A stretch of 55,345 nt of DNA. Source: a bacterium (GTDB lineage: Bacteria > Patescibacteriota > Minisyncoccia > Moranbacterales > UBA2206). Numbering within the stretch: position 1 is the first letter of the stretch; every line of letters begins with the position of its first letter. Shown piece after piece: positions 1 through 9,998 of the stretch. The position numbers were made by a program, and so were the translations under genes. The notes below the pieces were generated by a model. It worked only from the letters and a program-made list of their open reading frames with translations, was not told where the DNA came from and ran no database searches. The DNA lies in assembly GCA_021777675.1 (NCBI GenBank), contig JAJYDG010000002.1, forward strand, positions 1 through 55,345, in the 5' to 3' direction.

Positions 1-2
1 AA

Positions 3-857
3 CAACAGAAAGAAGTCGATAAAACAATTAAAAGTTTTCAAGCACCCACCCTGCAAGAAACCAATCTTCGCTTGATAAAATATATTTTACTAATTGATTC
101 GCTTTTTCTTTTTTTCGCAACAATCATCAGCTATTTCCTCTCTCAAGAAACTCTTCGTCCGATTGAAAAAGCACTTGATTTGCAAAAACAATTCAGCGCC
201 AACGCCTCTCATGAATTACGAACTCCTCTGGCAATAGTAAAAACTGATTTTGAGGTAGCATTGAGAAATGACCGGTTAAGTATTCCCGATTATAAAACAA
301 TCATCAAAAGCAATCTTGAAGAGATAGATCGAATGTCCAATATAGTTAGGAATATTCTCAGACTTTCTCGCGGTGATCATGAAAATGAAAACTCTGTCCA
401 CGCTGTTTTTGAGCTTAATCGACTAGTTTTACGCATCGTAAAAAAAATGGATATTCTTGCCAAAAACAAAAAAATCGATTTAAAAATAAGGCACTTGGAT
501 CAGGTTTTTTTTACCGGCAATACTCTTGATTTTGAAGACATTTTGATTAATTTACTCCAAAATGCCATTAACTATACCGAACAGAAAGGAATAATAGAAA
601 TTCAACTCTTAAAAAAAATGGGGGGTGTCGAGCTTTCCATTTCAGACACCGGAATAGGCATAAGCGCCAAAGATTTGCCACATATTTTCGAAAGATTCTA
701 TAAGGTTGATCAAGCAAGAATACAAACCGCCAACGGAGCCGGTCTGGGTCTTTCCCTGGTCAATGAACTCGTAAAAAAATATTGCGGAAAAATTTCAATC
801 ACAAGCGAACTGCAAAAAGGAACAAAAATAACAATTCGCTTTGCCTCTCATCAATAA
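3..857 (+). CDS. Sensor histidine kinase, 5'-truncated by the window edge
   Basis: Frame is open back to nt 3, so the TTG at 72 is probably internal. H-box SHELRTPL, N-box LLQNAINYT, G-boxes DTGIGI and GAGLGLSL. Confidence 0.8.
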   Translation, partial: QQKEVDKTIKSFQAPTLQETNLRLIKYILLIDSLFLFFATIISYFLSQETLRPIEKALDLQKQFSANASHELRTPLAIVKTDFEVALRNDRLSIPDYKTIIKSNLEEIDRMSNIVRNILRLSRGDHENENSVHAVFELNRLVLRIVKKMDILAKNKKIDLKIRHLDQVFFTGNTLDFEDILINLLQNAINYTEQKGIIEIQLLKKMGGVELSISDTGIGISAKDLPHIFERFYKVDQARIQTANGAGLGLSLVNELVKKYCGKISITSELQKGTKITIRFASHQ

Positions 858-927
858 ACTTATTTCATAAATTCTTCATTTTCTTGAGCTAGTATGAACA
901 ATAACTGAAAAGTAGTAAGAAAAACAA

Positions 928-959
928 TGCCAAAAAGTGGCTTGGCAAGAATTTTTTTT
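928..959 (+). terminator. Possible intrinsic terminator after the histidine kinase
   Basis: tgccaa/ttggca 6-bp stem with an 8-nt loop, followed by a T-run (attttttttc). Confidence 0.35.
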
Positions 960-1026
960 CATGCTAGACTGAAACGGAGTTTAATTAAATAATAAATTAA
1001 GTAAATAAATAATAATTTAAAAAAAT

Positions 1027-1356
1027 ATGAACAATTTGAATCTGGAAGGAAAAATCTACGGCTACAACAAAAAAACAGTAGCGCTTCTTGCGCTTGTTGT
1101 TATTGTCTTTGGCATTGCTTTTTATGCCGGAGCAATGTATGAAAAAAAGAAGTTGGCTTCTCTTAAGGGCAAAGGCGGTTCAGCGATTACAACAGGAACA
1201 ACCAAAAAGAAATCCAAAAAAGCAAAAAATCAACTTCCGGCAACTACTGTCAATGGAACGACTCCGGTTACGCCTGACGCAAGCGCAACAGATGTTCCCG
1301 CTCCGGCAACAACCACTCCGAATACGCAAACTTTGCCAGGAACCGGAACGAATTAA
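1027..1356 (+). CDS. Small membrane-anchored protein with a T/P/K-rich low-complexity tail
   Basis: ATG ORF with one N-terminal hydrophobic helix (VALLALVVIVFGIAFYAGA), then a K-rich and a T/P-rich tail. No recognisable family. Confidence 0.45.
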   Translation: MNNLNLEGKIYGYNKKTVALLALVVIVFGIAFYAGAMYEKKKLASLKGKGGSAITTGTTKKKSKKAKNQLPATTVNGTTPVTPDASATDVPAPATTTPNTQTLPGTGTN

Positions 1357-1374
1357 TCCTTGAAGATTTCCATG

Positions 1375-1408
1375 GCAGGGGAAGAAATTCCCCTGCTTTT
1401 CTTTTTTT
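1375..1408 (+). terminator. Rho-independent terminator
   Basis: gcagggga/tcccctgc 8-bp stem with a 6-nt loop, followed by ttttcttttttt. Confidence 0.6.
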
Positions 1409-1506
1409 AAATTATCTGCTAGAATATTTTCTCAGAAGCTCAACCTCAATAACATTGATTTATTTTGTTTATAATTATTTTAATTTTTAAAGAATTTCAA
1501 TAAGCC

Positions 1507-2958
1507 ATGCCAGATAATAAAGTCGCTATCAGATTTAATAATGTTTCCTTTAAATATTCTCGCGAAAAAATTATTCTCGATGAAGTTTCCTTTTCTTTGC
1601 GCCAAAATTCAAAAATTACACTGATGGGACAAAATGGTGCCGGAAAAAGCACTATTTTCAATCTTATTTCAGGTGCAATAAAGCCGGATTCCGGAACAAT
1701 TTATATTTGTGACGATTTGAAAATTGCCTATGCAAAACAAATCATTCCTCAAGAAGAAATGCAGTTGACCGTATATGATTTTTTTCAAAAATGCTTCTCG
1801 GAAAAAATCTATAATCTCACTCCAAAAATAGATGCCGTCCTGGAAATCGTCAATTTAAAAGCGCCTCATAATAGAATAATTCGATCTTTTTCCGGTGGAC
1901 AACAGGCGCGATTGCTTTTAGCTTCGGCGCTGATTATTAACCCTGATTTGTTAATATTAGATGAACCAACAAATAATCTTGATCCGGCTGGTATTGAACA
2001 TCTAACCGCTTTCTTAATCAATTACCCGCATACTTGCATTGTTATTTCGCATGATGCCGATTTTCTCAATGCTTTTACTGATGGAGTTATCTATCTAGAC
2101 ATATTTACTCACACCATCCAACAATACAAGGGAGATTATTATACTGTTGTAAATGAGATTGCGACGCAAATTGAAAAAGAAAAACGTAAAAATGCCCAGT
2201 ACGAAAAAGAAATTTTAGCTAACAAAGAAAAAGCGAATTTTTTCGCCAACAAGGGGGGGAAAATGCGTCTTGTAGCAAGAAGGATGCGCGATAAAGCCGC
2301 CGAAATGGAAGATGCTAAAGTAGATGTGCGCAAAGAAGATCGCGCCATTCGCCCATTTGCCATTCCTTGTCAAGAAGATTTGCCAGTGGAAATTGTCAAT
2401 ATTTCATCCGTAACAACTGTGCAAAATTATGCACCAATAGAAAAAAGTGTTAGAATATCATTGCGCAAAAACCAACATCTTTTACTCTCCGGACCCAACG
2501 GTATCGGAAAAAGCACCCTGCTAGAAACATTAGCGCAAAATTCTTCCACTAGCGCAAAGATTTCCGATAATGTGCGCATCGGATATTACCGACAAGATTT
2601 TTCAACGCTTAATTTCAATGAAACAGTTTATGATTCCCTGCTTTCTGTAATGCAAAAAAAAGATGAGGAAAAATTGCGTTCGATTGCCTCCGGATTTCTA
2701 ATTACCAAAGAGCTTATCAATTCCAAAATCGGCGATTTATCAGAAGGTCAAAAAGGCTTAGTGGCATTTGCGCAATTAGTTTTGCTTGAGCCGGGACTTC
2801 TAATTTTGGATGAGCCGACTAACCATATCAATTTTCGTCATCTGCCCATAATTGCCAGTGCTTTGGATAGCTATAAAGGTGCAATGATTTTAGTCAGTCA
2901 CATACCGGATTTTGTTGAACAAATTAGAATTGACGAAATTTTAAACCTAGAAAAATAG
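1507..2958 (+). CDS. ABC-F family ATPase (two tandem nucleotide-binding domains, no membrane domain)
   Basis: Two Walker A motifs (GQNGAGKST, GPNGIGKST), two signature motifs (FSGGQQ, LSEGQK), two Walker B motifs (LLILDEPTN). K/E/R-rich inter-domain linker typical of ABC-F translation factors. Confidence 0.8.
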   Translation: MPDNKVAIRFNNVSFKYSREKIILDEVSFSLRQNSKITLMGQNGAGKSTIFNLISGAIKPDSGTIYICDDLKIAYAKQIIPQEEMQLTVYDFFQKCFSEKIYNLTPKIDAVLEIVNLKAPHNRIIRSFSGGQQARLLLASALIINPDLLILDEPTNNLDPAGIEHLTAFLINYPHTCIVISHDADFLNAFTDGVIYLDIFTHTIQQYKGDYYTVVNEIATQIEKEKRKNAQYEKEILANKEKANFFANKGGKMRLVARRMRDKAAEMEDAKVDVRKEDRAIRPFAIPCQEDLPVEIVNISSVTTVQNYAPIEKSVRISLRKNQHLLLSGPNGIGKSTLLETLAQNSSTSAKISDNVRIGYYRQDFSTLNFNETVYDSLLSVMQKKDEEKLRSIASGFLITKELINSKIGDLSEGQKGLVAFAQLVLLEPGLLILDEPTNHINFRHLPIIASALDSYKGAMILVSHIPDFVEQIRIDEILNLEK

Positions 2959-2976
2959 AAAAAAGATTTTGTTTTT

Positions 2977-4128
2977 ATGATAAAATTAGGTCGCAAAAAA
3001 TTTTATTCCGCCCCGATGATTTTTCTGCAAATCGGATCGCTCCTGTCCATTGCCGTTGTTTCTCTTTTTGGCGCGCATTTCTTTTTATATTTTTCACTTA
3101 CTCATTTGTTTTGCATAAGTGATAAGCATAAAGATTATTTGATTTTTCTTTTATTTTTTTTGGGAAACAGTTTTATCATATTCTCCATTATCGCCCACTG
3201 GAAAGAAAATGTCGTTACGCGAATTTTTTATTTTCTTTCCGGCTTTTGGTGGGGATTGTTGGCAAATCTAATGCTGGCAATCATAGCAATTTGGATTGTT
3301 CTTTGGTTGAATGATTTACTGGTTTTGGATATAAATATTTTAGCGCTTGAATTATCATTTTTTACCTTAGCCTTTTTGCTTTCATTATATGGCGTTTGGA
3401 ATGCTTATTCTCCGAAAATAAAAAATGTTTTTGCCACCATTCCCAACTTGCCGGAAAATTGGCAAGCAAAAAAAATTGTACATATCTCCGATGTACATTT
3501 AGGGCACCTTTACCGCGCAAATTTTTTACGAAGAATTGTCAACAAAATAAATTCTCAACACCCTGAAATGGTTGCCATTACCGGAGATTTGTTTGATGGA
3601 ATGGATGGAAACTTGGAATCATTGACTTCCCCGTTAAACAATCTCAAAACCAATTATGGAGTTTTTTTCGTCAATGGCAATCACGAAACATACCTTGGAA
3701 TAGAAAAAACGCATAATATTCTTGAAAAAACCAAAGTGCGCATACTGCGTGATGAAGTGATTGATCTTTCCGGGCTAAAATTAATCGGCATCAGCTATCC
3801 CGATCGCGGAGAAAAAAAAGATATCCCCGCTACATTAAAAAAGTTAAGGCCGGATTTTTTTGGAAAACCGAATATTTTTATCTATCACTCTCCGATCAAT
3901 ATCTCACAAATAGCCAAAAATGGTGTTAATTTGCAATTATCCGGACACACTCATTTAGGTCAAATTTTTCCCTTTAATTTTATTACTAAAATAATTTATC
4001 ACGGTTATGATTATGGATTACACTGTATAGACAATTATACCCTTTATGTAACAAATGGCGTTGGCACGTGGGGTCCAATGATGCGCATTGGCAATGTTCC
4101 GGAAGTTGTTGTAATCACATTGAAATAA
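2977..4128 (+). CDS. Membrane-anchored metallophosphoesterase (calcineurin-like phosphoesterase)
   Basis: N-terminal transmembrane helices, then HISDVHLG, GDLFDG, GNHE and GHTH metallophosphatase motifs. Confidence 0.75.
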   Translation: MIKLGRKKFYSAPMIFLQIGSLLSIAVVSLFGAHFFLYFSLTHLFCISDKHKDYLIFLLFFLGNSFIIFSIIAHWKENVVTRIFYFLSGFWWGLLANLMLAIIAIWIVLWLNDLLVLDINILALELSFFTLAFLLSLYGVWNAYSPKIKNVFATIPNLPENWQAKKIVHISDVHLGHLYRANFLRRIVNKINSQHPEMVAITGDLFDGMDGNLESLTSPLNNLKTNYGVFFVNGNHETYLGIEKTHNILEKTKVRILRDEVIDLSGLKLIGISYPDRGEKKDIPATLKKLRPDFFGKPNIFIYHSPINISQIAKNGVNLQLSGHTHLGQIFPFNFITKIIYHGYDYGLHCIDNYTLYVTNGVGTWGPMMRIGNVPEVVVITLK

Positions 4129-4171
4129 AAAAATATTAAAAAAATAGATTGCGTTTATTGCAATATTTTTT

Positions 4172-5290
4172 ATGAAAAATATTATCTTAAAACTTTTTTT
4201 ACCATGGCTTATTTTACTCCTTTTAATCGGCTATTTTTCACAAAATTTTTCCCATTGGGACGGCATTAAAAATTGTTATTATAAAAAATATCCACCCTAT
4301 TTTCGTTGGGACTCTTCTTGGTACACCGGCATTGCGCAAAAAGGCTATACGTCTTTTTCCGCCGAAAAAAATTCTACTGCCGCATTTTGGCCACTCTATC
4401 CGGCAACAATTAATTTTTTCTATCATACTTTTAATATTCGCCCGCCCAAAATGGCTTTTTTACTCAGCATTTGCTATGCTTTTTTGGCCACGATATTAAT
4501 TTATCATCTTGCTCGATTGGACTATGATAAAAAAGAAAGTTTTCAAATCATCCTGGTTTTCTTATCTTTTCCCTCTTCCTATTATCTAATCACCGTATAT
4601 CCCGAATCGCTTTTTGTATTACTGGCCGCCGTCAGCTTATATCTGGGAAGAAAAAAATTTTGGTTTTTAGCAGGAGTTGCATCCGCTCTCCTAGCATTCA
4701 CCAAACCCTATGGTGCATTGATAATGCCAGTTTTATTTGTGGAATATTTGGAAAATATTAACTGGCAATGGAATAGGGCGCTACATAAATTCGATTGGCT
4801 TCCTCTTTGCTTTCCGGCAATTTCCGTACTTATTTTTATTTATTATAATTATATTCATTTTAATGAACCGTTTGCTTTTGCCATTGCGCAACGTACATGG
4901 GGAAGAAGTTTTGGCAATCCTGTTATTGCACTTTTTGATGAAGCAAAATATTATCTTTTTACCAATGGCTCTCATATTTTTTCCGGCGGAAATATTGAAT
5001 ATTTAATTTATCTTTTTAGTTTCTTTTTTTCTATTTTGGCATTTATTATTTCGTGGAAAACCGTACGAAAAAGCTACCTACTCTTCACCGGAATGATTTT
5101 ACTTCTAGCTCTTTACAGTGGCACACTCACCAGCTGGTACCGCTATATGCTTCTTACTTTTCCCATTCTTTTCGGACCAGCACTTTATCTTATGAAAAAT
5201 AAGCGACTTAATTATTTTTATCTTGCCATTTCGTTGATTTTACTTATTATAATCTCCAGTCTTTTCGTTCGTTGCTATCCGGTAGTTTAG
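4172..5290 (+). CDS. Polytopic membrane protein, PIG-V-like mannosyltransferase family (GT-C type)
   Basis: Many transmembrane helices. N-terminal WDSSWYTGIAQKGY...AFWPLYP resembles the Mannosyl_trans2/PIG-V signature. Confidence 0.45.
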   Translation: MKNIILKLFLPWLILLLLIGYFSQNFSHWDGIKNCYYKKYPPYFRWDSSWYTGIAQKGYTSFSAEKNSTAAFWPLYPATINFFYHTFNIRPPKMAFLLSICYAFLATILIYHLARLDYDKKESFQIILVFLSFPSSYYLITVYPESLFVLLAAVSLYLGRKKFWFLAGVASALLAFTKPYGALIMPVLFVEYLENINWQWNRALHKFDWLPLCFPAISVLIFIYYNYIHFNEPFAFAIAQRTWGRSFGNPVIALFDEAKYYLFTNGSHIFSGGNIEYLIYLFSFFFSILAFIISWKTVRKSYLLFTGMILLLALYSGTLTSWYRYMLLTFPILFGPALYLMKNKRLNYFYLAISLILLIIISSLFVRCYPVV

Positions 5291-5393
5291 CTTAACCATG
5301 ATACTGTCGACTGTTTTTGACAAAACTTCATATTAAGAGTAAACTGAAATTTATGTTTTAAATTAATTTAAATTTATCTAAAAAAAAATTACG

Positions 5394-7181
5394 ATGGAAA
5401 TTAGAAATATTGCGATTATCGCTCATGTAGATCATGGAAAAACGACTTTGACTGATGCAATTATGCGTCAAACAGGAGTTGTCTGCGAAGGAGCGACAAT
5501 GGATAGTAATACCTTGGAGCAAGAACGAGGGATCACTATTTATTCTAAAAATGCCGCTATTATCTATAAAAATACCAAGATCAACATTGTTGACACGCCG
5601 GGACATGCCGATTTCGGTTCCGAAGTGGAACGAGTTTTGCGCTCAATTGATAGCGTTGTTCTTGTTGTCGACGCGCAAGAAGGTCCGATGCCTAAAACCA
5701 GATTTGTCCTTAAAAAATCGTTGGAACTCGGACTGAAGCCAATTGTGGTAATCAATAAAATTGACAAACCTGCCGCCGATCCGGATATGGTGCAAGAACA
5801 AGTTTTTGAACTTTTTTTGGATTTAGGCGCAACTGACGAACAGCTGGAATTTACCACTGTCTACGCTATCGCTCGTGAAGGAATTGCCAAATTGCGTATA
5901 GATGATATTTCCACTGATCTTTCCCCTCTTCTCGACACAATTCTCGCCCGCGTTCCGGCAACACCGCTAGAAAATAATAATAAGCCTCTGCGAATGCAAC
6001 TTTTTAACCTTGGCTATGATAACTTTTTGGGACGATTGGGTATTGGACGAATTTATGAGGGAATAATTCATACTGGCGACATGCTTACCGTTAAAAAAAA
6101 TGATGGCGCGATAGAAACTGGAAAAATTACCAAGCTTTTTTCTTTTATGGGAATACAAAGACAAGAAGTGACCGAAGCGATAGCAGGAGATATTGTTATG
6201 ATTTCCGGAATTCCCAAAATTGATATAGGAGAAACAGTTTGCGCCACCCCTGAACAAGAGGCCTTGCCATATATCAGCATTGATGAACCAACTATTTCTT
6301 TGAATTTTTTAGTTAATGACTCCCCCTTCGCCGGTCGTGAGGGAAAGTTAGTTACAAATAAACAAATCAAAGAAAGGTTGCTGAAAGAGCTGGAAATCAA
6401 TGTGGGACTCAAAATTGATTTTTCCACTTCCGAGTATTACACCGTATTTGGTCGTGGCGAATTGCACGTAGCCATTCTTTTGGAAAATATGCGTCGCGAA
6501 GGTTTTGAGGTGCAAGTATCAAAACCGCGTGTTATTATCAAAGAAGTTGACGGAGTAAAGTCAGAACCGTTTGAAGAATTAACTGTCGATGTACCGGAAA
6601 AAACTTCTGGTGTGGTTATTGAAAAAATTGGCAAAAGAAAAGGGATTATGATAAACATGAAACAAACAGGCAATCAAATGCGAATGATATTTGAAGCCCC
6701 TACAAGAGGAATTTTGGGCTATCGCGGAGAGTTTATGATTGACACGCGCGGAGAAGGCATTCTTTGTAGTCGTGTAATCGGATTTAGGCCGTATGCCGGA
6801 GATATCAAGAAAACCGATACCGGTTCAATGATTTCCATGGCAACCGGAAAAGCGCTCGGGTTTTCCTTGGCAAATCTTCAAACGCGAGGAACACTTTTTA
6901 TTGAACCAGGAACTGAAGTTTATGAGGGAATGGTAATTGGAAACACTTCCAAAGGTCAAGATATGGCTGTTAATCCGACTAAGGGCAAGCAAATGAGCAA
7001 TATGCGATCTTCCGGAGCTGATGAAGCCATTCAGCTTACGCCACCAACAAAAATCACTCTTGAGCACGGCCTGGAAATAATGGCAGACGATGAATATCTG
7101 GAAGTCACTCCACTTTCCGTGCGCTTACGCAAACAATACCTAAATGAAACTGAAAGAATTAGACAATCACGAAAAAGCTAA
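5394..7181 (+). CDS. typA: Translational GTPase TypA/BipA
   Basis: [17 protein letters not shown] and NKID GTPase motifs. Length of 595 aa and the EF-G-like domain order are typical of BipA. Confidence 0.9.
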   Translation: MEIRNIAIIAHVDHGKTTLTDAIMRQTGVVCEGATMDSNTLEQERGITIYSKNAAIIYKNTKINIVDTPGHADFGSEVERVLRSIDSVVLVVDAQEGPMPKTRFVLKKSLELGLKPIVVINKIDKPAADPDMVQEQVFELFLDLGATDEQLEFTTVYAIAREGIAKLRIDDISTDLSPLLDTILARVPATPLENNNKPLRMQLFNLGYDNFLGRLGIGRIYEGIIHTGDMLTVKKNDGAIETGKITKLFSFMGIQRQEVTEAIAGDIVMISGIPKIDIGETVCATPEQEALPYISIDEPTISLNFLVNDSPFAGREGKLVTNKQIKERLLKELEINVGLKIDFSTSEYYTVFGRGELHVAILLENMRREGFEVQVSKPRVIIKEVDGVKSEPFEELTVDVPEKTSGVVIEKIGKRKGIMINMKQTGNQMRMIFEAPTRGILGYRGEFMIDTRGEGILCSRVIGFRPYAGDIKKTDTGSMISMATGKALGFSLANLQTRGTLFIEPGTEVYEGMVIGNTSKGQDMAVNPTKGKQMSNMRSSGADEAIQLTPPTKITLEHGLEIMADDEYLEVTPLSVRLRKQYLNETERIRQSRKS

Positions 7182-7186
7182 AAAAA

Positions 7187-8221
7187 TTATTTTGTTTTTA
7201 TTTTTTTGACAAACGCAAAAAAAGCTTCATCAAAATATTTTTTGATAATCTTTTTTCCGTCATCTAGATCGCTATGATACACTTGCATCAAATCATCCAA
7301 ATCAGCCGTAACTATTTCCACTTTTTTTCCTATTTTATTTAAATTCAAAATCGGAAAAGCTAATTTAGCAACAGCCAAATCCGCAATAACTGTCACGGGA
7401 GCGTTTCCAACGCAATCAACAATAATAATCTTTTTTGTCTTATTTAAAATTGAAAAATATTTTTTTTCAAAAGCACGAAAACCACGCCCCCAATAGATTG
7501 GCTTGTCATAAGACAGCTCTTCGTTTCCGGAAAAAACAAATAAACTATTTTCTAAAATTTCAGGTTTTTCCAATAAACTTTTCATTAAAAGCGCAACTCC
7601 CGAGGCATTGTCAATAGCGCCTTTTTTTATGCTGTCATAATGAGCAAAAGAAATGGTTTGCGGATTTTTCAAGTTGCCCACTAAAATATTTTTTGATTTA
7701 AATTTTTTTCTCTCAACAACAACTTCTCCAAAAATCTTTTTAGCTTTAATAACTAAAGCTATTTTTTCGCGACTCACGCAAATTGCCGGAGCAAAATAAT
7801 AATTATTTAAAGAAATGCCGGAACATTTCGGATTGTAATTAATATTGGAAATATCTTGACAAATTGAAGAAGAAAGTAATGAACTGATTATTATATCATT
7901 GGATTTTATTTCCCCACTTACAAAAGAGCAACCTTCACAATCAATTTGCTTTTTATCCGCCATAAGTAAAACTTTTTTTGTCAAAGGAATTTCAGTTTCA
8001 AATTCCTGAATCGCATAGAAAACAGAATTTTTCTCCAAAAAAGAAACCAAAAAATCTGCCGTCTTTTTTTCATTTTCAAATTGCCTTGGAGCAAAAGAGA
8101 CTAACTTGGCGATAAATTTTTGATAATCAAATTTTTCAGTCTGCATATGTTTATTAAAAAATAAATTATTATGAAAAGGGGCTATGCTACTAAATTTTAG
8201 CATAACCCCTTTCTGAAGCAA
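7187..8221 (-). CDS. M28-family metallopeptidase-like protein
   Basis: AHYDS...GAIDNASGVALLM motif characteristic of M28 aminopeptidases. Confidence 0.6.
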   Translation of the reverse strand: MLQKGVMLKFSSIAPFHNNLFFNKHMQTEKFDYQKFIAKLVSFAPRQFENEKKTADFLVSFLEKNSVFYAIQEFETEIPLTKKVLLMADKKQIDCEGCSFVSGEIKSNDIIISSLLSSSICQDISNINYNPKCSGISLNNYYFAPAICVSREKIALVIKAKKIFGEVVVERKKFKSKNILVGNLKNPQTISFAHYDSIKKGAIDNASGVALLMKSLLEKPEILENSLFVFSGNEELSYDKPIYWGRGFRAFEKKYFSILNKTKKIIIVDCVGNAPVTVIADLAVAKLAFPILNLNKIGKKVEIVTADLDDLMQVYHSDLDDGKKIIKKYFDEAFFAFVKKIKTK

Positions 8222-9186
8222 CTATGAACGAGCAATCAGCTCTTTTTCATAGTGCTTCATAATCTCAAAAAAACAACTTTCTTCGACCAAAAAAGGTGGC
8301 CTGGAAAGTGATTTCAAAAAATCATTTACTTCTAGAGCTTTTTCGGGAATTTCATTCAACTTGGAATGAAATTCGCCAAAATCAACCCTGAGCGGGGTAT
8401 CAAGAATAAGTGGTAAAAAACCACATATATTTTCAATTTCCCGGTTGTTTTTTTTGAACCACAAAACTACTTGTGGTTCCTCATCAACGGTTGACGCTAA
8501 CCCCCTGGATCCGTCAAGGAAGAGCAGGAGGTAGAAAAAATAATACCAGTCCGCCGGTGGACGGACATCCTTATTGATTCCGACATCTATCCCGCTAATC
8601 CTTTTTTCATATCCTCCCCTTTTTTCAAAGACAAATTCGGGAAGATTTTTTTTCGCTACAAAAAAAGTTCTGAAAAAAAATTACTCAGATCTTTTTTTTC
8701 AATTTCCTCTTCCGGAATAGCTTTTTTCATCATCTCCCAGTGGAATTCCGGCAAAGTCTTTCCGCAATGACTTTTTAATTCGGAAAAAATTGCTCCTTGC
8801 AAATTCTTTTGATCAGAAACTCTTTTGCAATTCACAATCAAGCCTCCTTTTCGACCTTTTTTCAAAAGAGGGATCGAAATGATGGATTTTTTGTAATTGT
8901 TTATTCCTCTTTGCGGAAAAGTATCCCTCACAAGAGAAAGAAACATTGGTGAAATTCCCCATTCATTTGCTGCCAAGTACAGCGACAAATGCTCGATGTT
9001 AGGCATCGGCACCTGCCTCGCCAAACAGATTTGAAAACTATCCTGTTTGGGAAAATGCTTATTGGCAATCAAGAAAAAATTCTCGATTCCAAAATTTTTT
9101 TTGCAATAAGCATTAATTCTTTCTTTAATATGCCCTTGGGCATATCTTCTTTTTTCAATTTCATTTTTCAACTGACCTAATTTCAT
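8222..9186 (-). pseudogene. Hypothetical gene split by a -1 frame change at a T8 tract (ORF 8656..9186 plus open frame 8222..8680)
   Basis: The frame of ORF 8222..8464 stays open upstream to 8680 for 72 more codons without any ATG, GTG or TTG. It overlaps the end of ORF 8656..9219 at homopolymer tracts. The likely real start of the upstream part is ATG 9186, preceded by AAGGAG. Confidence 0.5.
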
Positions 9187-9225
9187 TTTTTTTCTCCTTT
9201 TCTTTCTGTTTTTTTTCAAAGAACT

Positions 9226-9262
9226 AAAAAAACCGGCTCTTTCGAGACCGGTTTTGGTTTTT
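9226..9262. terminator. Bidirectional intrinsic terminator
   Basis: ccggctc/gagaccgg stem with one bulge and a 4-nt loop, flanked by an A-run on the left and a T-run on the right. Confidence 0.5.
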
Positions 9263-9279
9263 TTAAAAAATGTTTTTTA

Positions 9280-9393
9280 TCATACGCTCGTAACATTTTC
9301 TCTGAAACCAAAACCGGCCTGGGCAATCCAGACAATAATAAACAAGCAGACATACAAACCGACAGAAATTGTTTTGGCGTTTATTTTTTGCAT
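9280..9393 (-). CDS. Possible 37-aa hydrophobic peptide (MQKINAKTISVGLYVCLFIIVWIAQAGFGFRENVTSV)
   Basis: ATG ORF below the ORF-track size cutoff. It sits between a consensus-like promoter and a terminator and has one predicted transmembrane helix. Confidence 0.3.
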   Translation of the reverse strand: MQKINAKTISVGLYVCLFIIVWIAQAGFGFRENVTSV

Positions 9394-9399
9394 AAGAAC

Positions 9400-9428
9400 A
9401 ATTTAACAAATATTCAAATTTTTGTCAA
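9400..9428 (-). promoter_or_regulatory. Sigma-70-type promoter (TTGACA, 17-nt spacer, TAAATT)
   Basis: On the minus strand, TTGACA is at 9428..9423 and TAAATT at 9405..9400. The -10 element ends 6 nt before ATG 9393, which implies a leaderless or near-leaderless transcript. Confidence 0.35.
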
Positions 9429-9517
9429 ATTTTCGAATTAGCTCACCAGAAATTTAACTGTAATGCATTTCGTTAGTTCATTTAATTCTTATAATCCGCT
9501 ATAATTAATAAAATATC

Positions 9518-9557
9518 AAACTTAAAAAACCTCCCCTAAGGGGAGGTTTTTTAAGTT
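9518..9557. terminator. Bidirectional intrinsic terminator (perfect 20-nt inverted repeat)
   Basis: aaacttaaaaaacctcccct / aggggaggttttttaagttt: a GC core stem flanked by A and T runs. It lies just downstream of the ORF ending at 9572. Confidence 0.7.
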
Positions 9558-9571
9558 TAGCAAGCTACTCG

Positions 9572-9850
9572 CTAGTCTTGATGATTCCCCTCATCTCCCT
9601 CGAATTGATGATTGATGCCATCTTTTTCATTAGTAACTGATTCTTTCCCATCAGCCACATCACCAACTTCCGATTTATCAACAGTTTCTCCGGCAATTTT
9701 TTCAGTTGTCGTTGATTGCTCAACTGTATTGATTACAGGAGTATTGTTTGTAGTGCTCGCATTATTAGCCGATACTTGCATTGCGCCAATCGCTCCCCCT
9801 CCGAGAAGCAGTCCCAATGCAAGCATAGACAAGGTTTTATTGTTTTTCAT
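9572..9850 (-). CDS. Small secreted acidic protein
   Basis: N-terminal signal-peptide-like segment (LSMLALGLLLGGGAIGAMQVSA), then a T/N/E/D-rich mature part. No recognisable family. Confidence 0.5.
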   Translation of the reverse strand: MKNNKTLSMLALGLLLGGGAIGAMQVSANNASTTNNTPVINTVEQSTTTEKIAGETVDKSEVGDVADGKESVTNEKDGINHQFEGDEGNHQD

Positions 9851-9998
9851 AGATTTTAAATTTAATGATTAAAACGAATTATTTTTGAAATAATATTTTC
9901 GACCCCAAACGACAAATGAAAATCTTGTCGCCGAAACACTATTTCATTTTTAGTTTAGTAGAGTAAGATGAACGGCTTATGAAAAAAATAGGCATTTT

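Noticed and set aside
1088-1363. Alternative-frame 91-aa ORF overlapping ORF 1027..1356.
   Set aside because: It lies in a different frame on the same strand of the same segment. It is R/L/Q-rich with no start context, and the 1027 frame (transmembrane helix plus T/P-rich tail) is the more protein-like.
8490-8540. Plus-strand motif ...ggatccgtcaaggaagagcaggagg... resembles the SRP (4.5S) RNA domain IV sequence GGAAGCAGC and sits in a GC-rich patch with no track ORF.
   Set aside because: The match to the conserved loop nucleotides is imperfect and I could not fold a convincing helix 8. The patch is better explained as coding sequence: the minus-strand frame of ORF 8222..8464 is open across it for 72 codons (see the split-gene finding).
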